From sequence record OQ603353.1: DNA of 64,000 nucleotides; one strand, written 5' to 3'. Of this stretch, positions 54,830 through 64,000 are shown one piece after another (position 1 is the first letter of the stretch; every line of letters starts with the position of its first letter). The translations under genes were made by a program, and so were the position numbers. A model generated the notes under the pieces. The model did no database searches, was not told the DNA's origin, and worked only from the letters and a program-made list of their open reading frames with translations.

Positions 54830-56176
54830 GTGCAGGGATTCACCACTTCCTATGGCCTCAACTCAATGTCAGCCTTTCCTAATGTAATCAATGACGCTGT
54901 TGTCGGACAACAAGTCGTAGCCAACGCGAGCTTCTTCATTGCTCCTAACACGGATACGACCGGATTGATTGCCCGGTACAGTATCGTAGACGCAGACGAT
55001 GCGGAGTGGACTTCCGGCATCGCCACAAACATTGTGGTGTCGCCTCTAGGTTCGCGCTCCAAGGTGAATGCCTCGGCTTCGGTCGATATTCCCTACACGC
55101 TACCTGTCGAGTTCTACGGTACCAAGTATCAACTGGCGTGGACCCTTGAAACTCAAGATGGTACATTCGTTTCCAGTTATATCGAGTCGTTCAACGTCAA
55201 GCCTGTCATGCAGGGTGGCGTGTTCGGCGTACCGGACATCGTAGAAGCAGCAACAGACAAAACGATTCTCAAAGCGGTACTGCCTTCCAACGATCAAGTG
55301 GAAGTGCTGGTGTTCAAGGGCAACGCCTGCCTTAACAACGGCAGCCCTGTCATCCTGCAACCGGGTGACAAGGTATTCAACGGTACGCAGTATCTGGGTA
55401 GTTTCAACCATGCTACCCTGCGTAACCCCGGAGCGTCCCCTCCCCCGAATTCTGCGTTGGGGATCAACCAGCCGTCCCCTGCTCTCATACAAGCGATGGC
55501 AGCAGCGCGCGGCTTGAACCCCGCCGACATTACAGCCAGCAATGAATCGCTGACTCCTTCACTTGAGCCCTATAACTTGTGGTGGCAATACAAGGATGAG
55601 GATTCGGGTGAGGTAGTTGTCGAGGATAGCTATCTGTATCATGTGACTCCAATGATCCTACAGGCAGGACGGGAGCTACAACAGTTTGTGAACCGCGCTA
55701 ACAACGAAGGCCGGTTGCAGGAACTGACCATCGACCTGAACGTAATCATTCACTTCCTGAAGCAAGGCGGCGACTACTTCAACAGTGTCGGTATGCCAAC
55801 CTTCTTTGACTTCACCTGTGCTAATGGACCCTTCCGTCAATTCTGGGTCATGTGCAGTGCAGTGCGTCTCCTCCGTAGTCAGTACCTTCTGGAGGCCGAA
55901 CGTAGTATGGTGATGCAGGGCCAGAGCGTTACACTGGACATTGACATTACTGCGTACTACGAAACTGCGGCATCGGATGCCCAAGCATTCGTTGACCAAT
56001 ACTTGCCGGAGTTCAAGCAGAATATCACACGCAAGGGTCTGCTGACCGGCGACGGTGACTACGGCAACGGCGGCATCATTTCGAGGAACGTGGGTGCTAT
56101 GGGCATTCAGTTGTCCGCGACCACCAACCTGTTCTTCGGTTGGCGTAATCAGTACGCACGCCGTGGCCTGTTCTAA
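54830..56176 (+). CDS. Putative head-tail adaptor/neck protein
   Basis: C-terminal FLKQGGDYFNSVG..FWVMCSAVRLLRSQYLLEAE..GQSVTLDID helical adaptor-like domain; start may be ATG 54866. Confidence 0.55.
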   Translation: MQGFTTSYGLNSMSAFPNVINDAVVGQQVVANASFFIAPNTDTTGLIARYSIVDADDAEWTSGIATNIVVSPLGSRSKVNASASVDIPYTLPVEFYGTKYQLAWTLETQDGTFVSSYIESFNVKPVMQGGVFGVPDIVEAATDKTILKAVLPSNDQVEVLVFKGNACLNNGSPVILQPGDKVFNGTQYLGSFNHATLRNPGASPPPNSALGINQPSPALIQAMAAARGLNPADITASNESLTPSLEPYNLWWQYKDEDSGEVVVEDSYLYHVTPMILQAGRELQQFVNRANNEGRLQELTIDLNVIIHFLKQGGDYFNSVGMPTFFDFTCANGPFRQFWVMCSAVRLLRSQYLLEAERSMVMQGQSVTLDIDITAYYETAASDAQAFVDQYLPEFKQNITRKGLLTGDGDYGNGGIISRNVGAMGIQLSATTNLFFGWRNQYARRGLF

Positions 56177-56190
56177 GGGAAGGGACGATA

Positions 56191-56688
56191 ATGGATAACA
56201 CAACGGCCGACTACGCGCGCGCTGTGTTTGAGTACCTCATCCAGCGGTTTCCGAAGGTGTGGGGTAAATGCAAGTACAGCACGAACTTCCTTGGTGGAGG
56301 GGCCACTAGATACAGATTGTTTTCCTCTACTCCCGACACCTGCGTGACCTATGGCAGCAGTTACTTCCAAGGTTATGCCTACCATGAAGTCATCCTCGAC
56401 CACACGGTAAAGGGTGATTGCGAATGCCTGCTTTACACAGCACGGTCTATTTACGAAGACACAGGAAATAACAGCAGCACCACCTATCCGGTAGACATCG
56501 CTGCTGTCAAGGTTGACATGAGCAAACCCAGTTCGGAAACGGCACAACAGATCGCTACCGAAATCTTGGAGTCTTTGCATGCCAATGCCGCACAGATTGA
56601 GGACGTGCCCAATGAAAGCTTTGTTCACGCCTGCGATTGGCACGCAAAGCAGTTGTATAGCGTGTCACCGGAGCAGACTGGTGGCTAA
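56191..56688 (+). CDS. Hypothetical protein
   Basis: 165 aa ORF filling the operon gap, AAGGGA RBS. Confidence 0.6.
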   Translation: MDNTTADYARAVFEYLIQRFPKVWGKCKYSTNFLGGGATRYRLFSSTPDTCVTYGSSYFQGYAYHEVILDHTVKGDCECLLYTARSIYEDTGNNSSTTYPVDIAAVKVDMSKPSSETAQQIATEILESLHANAAQIEDVPNESFVHACDWHAKQLYSVSPEQTGG

Positions 56689-56696
56689 TTTCAAAC

Positions 56697-57170
56697 ATGC
56701 CAAGACTTCAACTAATGTCCGAAGATGCTAACACTCGGACTGCTGTCGAGTTGGCGCAGGTACGCCGCGACCTTGATACCCTTCTCAAGATCGTTCGGGA
56801 TGGCAACGGTACGGCGGCCCTCATCAACCGAATGCAGTCTGTAGAAAAAGACCTTACTCACCTTGTAGCCCGTGACAAGGAAGCAAAAGAAGAGCTTGAA
56901 AAGCTCAAGGTGCAGTACGCGGAGTTGTCAAAGACTCTAATTGACGTAAACCATTCTGTCGGCACCATCAGCGCAGATTTTGCTCGCTTTGTTCAGGAGT
57001 TCAAGATCAGCGAGGATGCACGCGACAAGGCGCGCATCAAGAAGACCGATCTGCTGTGGGGCATGATTACCACGGTTGTCGTTTCCCTCGTTGTTAACTA
57101 CGTGCTCAACCACAAGGTTGTTCCTTCCCAGCCCTCTGTTCCCACCACCGCTGAATCGCGGTCCAAGTAA
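56697..57170 (+). CDS. Coiled-coil protein with C-terminal transmembrane helix
   Basis: Heptad-rich, then LLWGMITTVVVSLVVNYVL; possible holin/antiholin-type component. Confidence 0.6.
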   Translation: MPRLQLMSEDANTRTAVELAQVRRDLDTLLKIVRDGNGTAALINRMQSVEKDLTHLVARDKEAKEELEKLKVQYAELSKTLIDVNHSVGTISADFARFVQEFKISEDARDKARIKKTDLLWGMITTVVVSLVVNYVLNHKVVPSQPSVPTTAESRSK

Positions 57171-57186
57171 TTCACTGGAGATAAAC

Positions 57187-58047
57187 ATGAACGCAAGCTT
57201 CAATGACCGCATCGGTGCTCGTCTGGCCCAGCGCACTAACGGCATCAAGCCGCACGCTGACATTCTGAGCTACGAACTGGTTAGCCCGACCGTGGCTAAG
57301 GTTGTCGTCGCCCACTCTCACCGTGGCACCACTGCTGAGAATCGCGCCGCTCTGGCTTCGCTGCTGGAAGGCCGTGGCAACGTCATACCGCACAGCTTCC
57401 GCGAAATCGAAACGGACAACGCCCACCAGCGCCGTATGCTGTCGGTCGGTTTCGTTGGCGCCAACGTCCTGTCTGAGGAACTGAGCGAAGAACGCGCCAG
57501 TCAGCTGAAGGAGATTGCCAAGAACGTGCTGATGGACGACACCGACAACAGCATGTGGCAGGTTACGCAGGCTTCGGACGGCCGCAAGTTCATCCGCCGT
57601 CAGCACAACGAAGACCTTGCGGAGCTGATGACCGCTACCGCTTCGGTGAACCCGGCCGCCATCGTGCCGAAGCACTTCACCGAAATCGCTGGCACCATCG
57701 TCGATACCTCGGGCCCGTTCACCTATGCTGCTTACGTGGACGCTGACACCCATCAGGTGCGTTTCGGTTACGTGGTGGAACACGCTACCGTCTACAACGG
57801 CTACAAGCACACCATTCTGCCGCGTGACGCTTCGGAAGTCGAGTACGTGTCTGCCTCCCTGATCGTGGAAGCCGCCTACAACGTCGATCCGAACAACCGT
57901 CTGACCACCGCTCGCAACCGCTTGATGGAAACCGCCGGTATTCCGGACATTGATGCGGTCAAGAGCTACTTCCGTAAGGAATTCGGCTACGGCCCTGAGT
58001 TCCTGCGCGAACTGGAAGCCGAGATTGACGAGCACGCTGTCGCCTAA
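57187..58047 (+). CDS. Abundant virion structural protein (inferred)
   Basis: ATG 57187 with GGAG RBS; MCP-like codon bias; followed by a terminator. Confidence 0.65.
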   Translation: MNASFNDRIGARLAQRTNGIKPHADILSYELVSPTVAKVVVAHSHRGTTAENRAALASLLEGRGNVIPHSFREIETDNAHQRRMLSVGFVGANVLSEELSEERASQLKEIAKNVLMDDTDNSMWQVTQASDGRKFIRRQHNEDLAELMTATASVNPAAIVPKHFTEIAGTIVDTSGPFTYAAYVDADTHQVRFGYVVEHATVYNGYKHTILPRDASEVEYVSASLIVEAAYNVDPNNRLTTARNRLMETAGIPDIDAVKSYFRKEFGYGPEFLRELEAEIDEHAVA

Positions 58048-58054
58048 CGAGCCT

Positions 58055-58083
58055 AGCCGCCCCTGAAAGATGGGGCGGCTTTG
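58055..58083 (+). terminator. Intrinsic terminator
   Basis: AGCCGCCCC-TGAAAGAT-GGGGCGGCT then TTG. Confidence 0.7.
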
Positions 58084-58126
58084 TGCCATCCACAACATTG
58101 ATCCCAAGAAACACTGAGGACTGCAC

Positions 58127-58615
58127 ATGCCTTCCATTACCACCAACCGTTCCAAGGCAACCCTGCTCGGTACCTACTTCCGCAAGGAAACGGTCATGGA
58201 GCCGAACGGTTTTTCGATTGCCCTCATCACTTCGGCTGGTGTCAGCACCAACCCGGGTGAGCAGGTTGCCCCCACTCCGTCGAACTGCCTGACTTGGTCC
58301 GACTGCTCGCAGAACGAAATCCCGGCCGGTAACGGCTACGTGGCAGGCGGCATCGCCATTCAGCGTGGCACCGCCGACTGGACCTCGCTGACTGAGGACC
58401 CGACCAACAACCGTGCGTTCGTTACCCTCAAGAACGTTTCGTGGACTGCTACCGGCGGTAACCTGCCCGCCAGCGGCCCGGGTGCAGCCTATGCCGTGCT
58501 GATGGACGACACTGCGAATCGCAACGTGCTGATCGTGCTGGACCTCGGCGGTGCACGTACTGTTTCGGACACCCAGCAGCTGATCCTCCAGAACGTCCAG
58601 TACATCGCAACCTAA
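58127..58615 (+). CDS. Structural protein, paralogue of 8727
   Basis: FSIALIT..WSDCSQNEIPAGNGYVAGG..VSWTATGG..YAVL.D..LI..DLGG; GAGGA RBS. Confidence 0.6.
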   Translation: MPSITTNRSKATLLGTYFRKETVMEPNGFSIALITSAGVSTNPGEQVAPTPSNCLTWSDCSQNEIPAGNGYVAGGIAIQRGTADWTSLTEDPTNNRAFVTLKNVSWTATGGNLPASGPGAAYAVLMDDTANRNVLIVLDLGGARTVSDTQQLILQNVQYIAT

Positions 58616-58627
58616 TAGGAGTAACGC

Positions 58628-58981
58628 ATGACCGAGATTACGACTACGTTTGATGCTGACGCCGAACTTCCGGTGTGGGCATCCATCGTGAACGACTCCG
58701 ACGGTCTTACCAAGGTTCGTGTGGATAGCGAGAAGGCATTCCCTGCTACTCTCCGCGAGCTTGACGGTGCAGTGCGTGACCAGTATTGGGTTGCCATCGC
58801 TCGGTACGTTATCGGGGAAGACCTCCGTCACCTCCTTGGTCCGGGTCTGAACATCGTCTTCTCTGCCGCGCCCCAGTATGCCAATGCGGCAATGCCGCGT
58901 GGTAAGGGTGAGGAACAAGGCCAGCAGGACGCCCCGTTCGCTTACATCCGCCTTCAGCAGAAGCGTGAAGGAACCAACTAA
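58628..58981 (+). CDS. Hypothetical protein
   Basis: 117 aa, AGGAG RBS. Confidence 0.6.
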   Translation: MTEITTTFDADAELPVWASIVNDSDGLTKVRVDSEKAFPATLRELDGAVRDQYWVAIARYVIGEDLRHLLGPGLNIVFSAAPQYANAAMPRGKGEEQGQQDAPFAYIRLQQKREGTN

Positions 58982-58993
58982 GAGTACCCCATA

Positions 58994-61471
58994 ATGAGCG
59001 TCCTGTTTTCTAACAACGCATTGACGGTGTTGGCAGCAGCGGTCGGTCAGAACGAGGTTACCTCGACTATCACTGTAGCAACTGGTGCGGGGCAGCGTTT
59101 CGCTGCCCCCACCAACGGTGACTATCAGGTCATTACGCTCTCCGATCCCCTGTATACCCGATTTGAAATCTGCCATCTAACTGCGCGCACGGGCGATACC
59201 CTCACTGTGTTGCGAGGGCAGGAAGGTACTACCAAGCAAGCGTGGGACGTTGGCGACCGCATTTATGCGTCCTTCACTGCGTCCACGGTCGGTCTCTTCC
59301 TGCGCGCTGACACTCCTGCGTCAATTAGCGGGCTGTGGGACTTCAGTACGCCGCCGCTAATCAATGGTAACAACATTTGGCATTCCGGCAACGTCACGCC
59401 TGCTGATCGTACCAAGGCGCAGACTATCTCCGGGCTCTGGACGTTCACGACGCTGCCCAAGTTCAACGCATTTAATTTCGTGACGACTCAGGGCGCAACT
59501 ATGGTTGGGCCCTTTTTGCTTTATGGGTCCCCGACTCAGGACAATGAGGCTGCCACCAAGCTGTATGTGGACAACCTCGCCGCCGGTCTGCACGATAAGG
59601 AAGCAGTGGTCGCAGCCAGTACTGATGCCGGTGGTAATGTCAATATCACCAGCGCTCCGAGTACGCTGGACGGTGTGACTCTTGTAGCAGGAAATCGCAT
59701 TCTGCTCAAGAATCAGACGAACAAGACCCAGAATTTGATCTACGTGTTCAACGCAGTTGGCCAGCCCCTTACCGCTGCCTCGGACAGCGATGAGACGGGT
59801 GATCTAAAGGCAGGTAGTACCGTATTCGTCACAGGCGGTACCGTCAACAAGAACTCGCGTTGGACCGTCATCACCACTGACCCGATCACCATTGGCACCA
59901 CTCCCATCGAGTGGACTCAGACGTCGGGTGCTGGTCAGATTCGTTCTGGCCCCGGCATCAAGATCATTGGTGACCAAATCAGCGCAGACGTTCCTTCTGC
60001 TGGTGGCCTGACAGTATCGGTTGCAGATGGCATTGGCCTGTCTGTGATGCAAGACCTAGTGGTTAATACCGGGGCTGCCACCGCTGGAACCACGGGTGCC
60101 TCCCTGCGCTACAACAGCATCACGGTGGATAAGTTTGGTCGGGTAGTTAACGCTACCAACCTACCTTATGCTCTGACCACTGGCGCAGTGTTTACGGGAG
60201 CCCTCACTCGCACTTCGACTCCTTCTTCCGGCAACGACATTACCACTGTAGACTTTGTGCAGAATGCCATCGTCTCTATCAGCACCATGCGTCAGCCGGT
60301 TGCTGCGGTGGCTACGTCCAACGTTTCCCTAAGTGGCCTAGGCTTTATTGACGGGTATCAGGTCAAACTCGGCGAGCGTGTTCTCGTTGCAGGACAGACT
60401 ACGCAGACTGCCAACGGTGTTTATGTCACCACGGCTAACGCGTGGGTGCGTGCTTCGGACTTTAACAGCACTTCGTCCCTCGCCGCTGGCGTCATGTTCC
60501 CGGTTCAGAACGGTACCACGTTCAAGAATCAGATATTCATGCTGTCCACTCAGGGCACCATCAGTATCGGTACTACCCCGATCACCTTCCAGCGTGTAAC
60601 GGGTACGGGCCTGATTAACAAGGCTTCGGGTGGTGGCATTGATATTGTCAATGACTCTATCGGTCTCGAAACGCAGTCAGGACTGACCGCAGGCACCTAC
60701 AACACTGCTCGCGTCACTGTGAACAGTAAGGGCATTATCACTGGCATCGAGGCAGGCTCCTCGGGCGTGACCTCGTTTAATGGCCGTAGTGGCGTTGTGA
60801 TGCCCGCTACGAACGATTACACCTTCGCTATGTTGGGTGGCAAGCCCACCACCCTCGCAGGCTACGGCATTACCGACCCGGTCATGCTCCGCACTGGCGG
60901 CACGATCACTGGTGTTGTGTCCATTGACTACGGCAATCCAGCTGCAACGGACGGTCCGTACCCACTGCTGTTCATGCGTCTTACCGAAGGTGAGCGCAAT
61001 ACCAACAAGGTTGGTATGAACATCATCAAGGAGGATCGCAATTCTTGGGCCATCGCTGCTGTAGCTGGTTCGGATGTAGTCAACATCACTAACGGCAGCA
61101 AGTTGAATCTGCGGTTCCAAACCGCAATGGTTAACGACGCTGAGATTCTCACTGACGCCAACTTTGATGCGTGGACTGCCGTTGCGTTCTCTACGGGTAA
61201 CACCACTCGTAACGCGGTCGCGCGTGGGTGCTACATGGTAGACACTACCTCCCTTGCTGGTACGCTGGTACTGCCCTCCAATCCTGCTCCGGGCACAGCT
61301 GTTCGTGTTCTCGATGCTGGTGGTACGTTCGGTACCAAGAACCTGACTATCTCGCGCAACAACGCTAGGATCGTAGGCGCGCTGGAAGACTTGGTTTTGG
61401 ACAAGAATAACGGTGGCGTCACGCTGGTTTACTACAACGCTGCACGTGGTTGGGTCCCGTTCTTTAGTTGA
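58994..61471 (+). CDS. Proximal fibre/platform protein with duplicated domain
   Basis: N-terminal NNA..LAA..RGQEGT baseplate-anchor-type domain; two AATK.YVD/DG..L..G.RVL..QT repeats; C-terminal VDTT..LPSNP..G..RN..I.G..DL..GW domain. Confidence 0.75.
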   Translation: MSVLFSNNALTVLAAAVGQNEVTSTITVATGAGQRFAAPTNGDYQVITLSDPLYTRFEICHLTARTGDTLTVLRGQEGTTKQAWDVGDRIYASFTASTVGLFLRADTPASISGLWDFSTPPLINGNNIWHSGNVTPADRTKAQTISGLWTFTTLPKFNAFNFVTTQGATMVGPFLLYGSPTQDNEAATKLYVDNLAAGLHDKEAVVAASTDAGGNVNITSAPSTLDGVTLVAGNRILLKNQTNKTQNLIYVFNAVGQPLTAASDSDETGDLKAGSTVFVTGGTVNKNSRWTVITTDPITIGTTPIEWTQTSGAGQIRSGPGIKIIGDQISADVPSAGGLTVSVADGIGLSVMQDLVVNTGAATAGTTGASLRYNSITVDKFGRVVNATNLPYALTTGAVFTGALTRTSTPSSGNDITTVDFVQNAIVSISTMRQPVAAVATSNVSLSGLGFIDGYQVKLGERVLVAGQTTQTANGVYVTTANAWVRASDFNSTSSLAAGVMFPVQNGTTFKNQIFMLSTQGTISIGTTPITFQRVTGTGLINKASGGGIDIVNDSIGLETQSGLTAGTYNTARVTVNSKGIITGIEAGSSGVTSFNGRSGVVMPATNDYTFAMLGGKPTTLAGYGITDPVMLRTGGTITGVVSIDYGNPAATDGPYPLLFMRLTEGERNTNKVGMNIIKEDRNSWAIAAVAGSDVVNITNGSKLNLRFQTAMVNDAEILTDANFDAWTAVAFSTGNTTRNAVARGCYMVDTTSLAGTLVLPSNPAPGTAVRVLDAGGTFGTKNLTISRNNARIVGALEDLVLDKNNGGVTLVYYNAARGWVPFFS

Positions 61472-61521
61472 TTCACAGGCAGGTCCACCACGGGCCTGCC
61501 TTTCCTTTGGTGGACTATCCA

Positions 61522-63459
61522 ATGACGATTCTTCAAACGCTGTACCCAATCCCGGATAACGTCCCACGAACTGATGCTTCGTTCAACACCTTCACTGGGG
61601 TCAACCGATTCACTAGGGTGGTGGCAGGTAATTCAACCCCGAACGAAGCATACGATCTATGTGCTGGGACTACAAAGATCGGAAGCACCCTAACCGTTAT
61701 TGGCGATACTACGCTCAACATTGCCAAAGCTGCGTTACTGACAATTACGGGTAGTAACGCCATGATCTTCCAAGGCTTTGGAAGCTCTCAGGGCCGTATC
61801 ACCCTGTTCGGTTGGCTAGGTGTCGATTCCGGCGATACTCTGGCCATCATCGACCGCGTAGGTATGTCCAACTATCGCTGGGCGCTCAGTGCAAGTCAGA
61901 TGACGCTCAACGATAATGCTGTGTGGCATGCAGGCAACTTCAATCCCGATCTGTACCTCAAGGTCGCTGACGCGTCTTCTACTTACGTCAAGCTTGCCAA
62001 CAGTAACAACAACATCACGGGCACGGTGTGGGGACTTCGCTCGGTCACTGCATCGGGCTCCGACACCTTGTCCATACAGATTCAGTCGGGCGGTGCCTAT
62101 CAGTACGGACGTGGCGCTGTATTGGAATTGAATGGCAAGAACGCAACTGGCAGCAACGCTGGCGGCTTCCGTCTGCTCAGTGACGGTCCCTCGGCGATCA
62201 ATTCGTACTCCGGCACTCTATCCCTAGCTGCCTCGGGCGGTGGTCAGATTACGTTCAACAGCTCCGGCCTGTCTCTGCAAGGGGCCACGAGTGTTGCAGG
62301 TGCAACCACATTTGCCTCTACGGTAGCAGTTACTGGCCTCATCACTGCCACTGGCCAACTAAAGGTTGGGCCTGCTTCCGGCGAAGCGCGTATCAACTTT
62401 GGTCTGGACACGGGCTACATCTACAGTAGTGCCACCTCAATTGGCTACTATTGGCCCGGTAGTAGCGCTGTCAACTTGTGGCGTCTTATTAAACCGGGCC
62501 AAAGCGAAGGTGTTTACCCTGCCTTGTCTATGATCGTGTCGGGAGGGGGTTATTTCGACGGTATTGTTCGGGCTACCTCTAGTCTCATCAGCATCCACCC
62601 GGACGCCCTGCGTATGCGGCAATCCGCCCGCACCGTTATTCACCGCTTTGACGGCAACGCTTATTACTGGCTTCGTACTGCGGCTGACGACCCCGATGGT
62701 GTCTGGGATTCCGCACGTCCTATGACCTATAATGTTGGTGGGGACCAGTTGACGTTCAACCCTGCCGGTGGCATCACAGCACAAACCAAGCTGACTTTGA
62801 GTAACGCTGCTCCTCTGGGCTTTACCGGCTTCGGTGCAGCAGGCGCTATCTACATTCATGGTACTAATGGCGGTGGCGATGACGTTTGCACCATCCTACG
62901 CAACAATGCCAACTCTAACTACACGCTGACATGGAACGGTGCTGTTACGATCACTGGTTCTCAGACAGTAGCAGGCGAAGCTTACTGCAATAATTGGTTC
63001 CGCAGCAATAGCTCCGGCACTGGCTGGTATCATCAGGTACATGGCGGTGGTTGGTACATGTCGGATAACGATTACGTGCGTTCGTACAATCAGAAGGCAG
63101 TGGCTGGCTCTGATTTCGTGATTTGGTCCGATCGCCGCTCTAAGACCGAAGATCGTGATCTTAGCATTGCTGACGTGCTTCCCAAGTTCATGGGACTTGC
63201 CCCCAAGTGGTATGTCAAGAATGGCACGAAAGCGGAGTACGGCATGTTCGCACAGGACGTGCGCGCACTGTTCCCCGATATGGTCAGCCTGACCAACAAC
63301 GAAGGATATGACGATTACCACTTCCTCTGGATCAACATGCTTCATGCTCCCCACATTCTTGTGACCCAGGATAACGTGCGCCGCATCGAAGAACTGGAGG
63401 GTATCGTGGCCTCGCAGCAGCATCAGATCGCGCAGCTGCAATCTAGGCTTGAGGTGTAA
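61522..63459 (+). CDS. Distal fibre/receptor-binding protein with S74-type chaperone
   Basis: ATG 61522; VWHAGNFNP knuckle; NNWFRS..GWY..GGGWYM.D; WSDRRSK chaperone motif and coiled-coil end. Confidence 0.82.
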   Translation: MTILQTLYPIPDNVPRTDASFNTFTGVNRFTRVVAGNSTPNEAYDLCAGTTKIGSTLTVIGDTTLNIAKAALLTITGSNAMIFQGFGSSQGRITLFGWLGVDSGDTLAIIDRVGMSNYRWALSASQMTLNDNAVWHAGNFNPDLYLKVADASSTYVKLANSNNNITGTVWGLRSVTASGSDTLSIQIQSGGAYQYGRGAVLELNGKNATGSNAGGFRLLSDGPSAINSYSGTLSLAASGGGQITFNSSGLSLQGATSVAGATTFASTVAVTGLITATGQLKVGPASGEARINFGLDTGYIYSSATSIGYYWPGSSAVNLWRLIKPGQSEGVYPALSMIVSGGGYFDGIVRATSSLISIHPDALRMRQSARTVIHRFDGNAYYWLRTAADDPDGVWDSARPMTYNVGGDQLTFNPAGGITAQTKLTLSNAAPLGFTGFGAAGAIYIHGTNGGGDDVCTILRNNANSNYTLTWNGAVTITGSQTVAGEAYCNNWFRSNSSGTGWYHQVHGGGWYMSDNDYVRSYNQKAVAGSDFVIWSDRRSKTEDRDLSIADVLPKFMGLAPKWYVKNGTKAEYGMFAQDVRALFPDMVSLTNNEGYDDYHFLWINMLHAPHILVTQDNVRRIEELEGIVASQQHQIAQLQSRLEV

Positions 63460-63460
63460 C

Positions 63461-64000
63461 ATGACGATTCTCCAGACTCTGTATCCCATTCCTGACAACG
63501 TGGCCACTCTGGACGCTCCGGGCGTCCAGACCTTTACTGGTATCCTCAAAGCAGGACGTATCCTAGCAGGCAACTCTGTAACGGATGAAAGCGGTTACGG
63601 ATTCGTCGCATCTAACATCAAAGTCATTGGCACCTCCCTCATGCAAGGTGCCACCACTCTGTCCAGTACAGGCAACGTCTTTGGTGGATTCTCGGTAGCA
63701 GGTAATGCCATCTTTGGTGGCAGCAGCCTGTATATCCGAGGGGCTGGTAACACCTACATGACTTTTCAGAATGCTTCATCGCAGACTGATACCCAGCTGA
63801 TTACTGATCGAGGCGCCAAGGGCTTCATCATTCGTAACTGGGTGACCCTTGGTACGGGTTCCTATACTGATTTTTCGTTGAACGCGGCAACGGGTGCTCT
63901 CAAGTGGGGTGCGCAGGACATTTATCACTCCGGCACCTTCAACTGGACGACCTTTGCAGTCACGGGAAGCGCCGCTAGGTTCTCTGCATTGACATTGCAC
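63461..64000 (+). CDS. Second distal fibre protein, 5' part (runs off right edge)
   Basis: Hand translation open for 180 codons; GAGGTG RBS; first 14 aa identical to 61522 (MTILQTLYPIPDNV). Confidence 0.85.
   Translation, partial: MTILQTLYPIPDNVATLDAPGVQTFTGILKAGRILAGNSVTDESGYGFVASNIKVIGTSLMQGATTLSSTGNVFGGFSVAGNAIFGGSSLYIRGAGNTYMTFQNASSQTDTQLITDRGAKGFIIRNWVTLGTGSYTDFSLNAATGALKWGAQDIYHSGTFNWTTFAVTGSAARFSALTLH

Noticed and set aside
58994-64000. Diversity-generating retroelement or invertible fibre cassette
   Set aside because: No reverse transcriptase, invertase, adenine-specific TR/VR pair or inverted crossover sites seen; the shared N-termini differ at synonymous positions.

Overview
64 kb of the virion-morphogenesis (late) region of a large lytic contractile-tailed bacteriophage, almost certainly a jumbo myovirus. 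The gene set (Zn-ribbon scaffold / decoration protein / ~365-aa major capsid trio, T4-like sheath-tube-baseplate order, type IB topoisomerase, RuvC, SF2 helicase) resembles my recollection of Lu11/phiRSL1/Y3-like phages; this is unverified and needs BLAST. Left edge: a minus-strand SF2 helicase-like gene running off the window (absent from the ORF track), then an ~880-bp repeat- and hairpin-rich non-coding region. Then head genes, tRNA-Asn(GTT), tail sheath/tube/chaperone/tape measure, and baseplate hub, spike and wedge. These are followed by many fibre/adhesin genes, a GH108-like + GH19 + spanin lysis module, a beta-helix tailspike, a short minus-strand block with a Zn-finger/RuvC fusion, neck proteins, His-rich putative internal head proteins, SprT protease, Topo IB and further fibres. 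Most unusual: (1) fibre-tip adhesins with C-terminal Hint (intein-like) domains, paired with active and catalytically dead 2OG-Fe(II) oxygenases and a dead stand-alone Hint protein; (2) a 22-aa motif shared by the Topo IB C-terminus and a small basic protein, plus a recurring E-[T/I/L/V]-A motif, suggesting a capsid-targeting/processing code; (3) a BTLCP/LapG-like protease apparently split into a lipoprotein gene and a catalytic gene; (4) a candidate +1 chaperone frameshift before the tape measure; (5) an Fn3-like module shared by sheath and baseplate. All family calls come from motif recognition by eye, not database searches.
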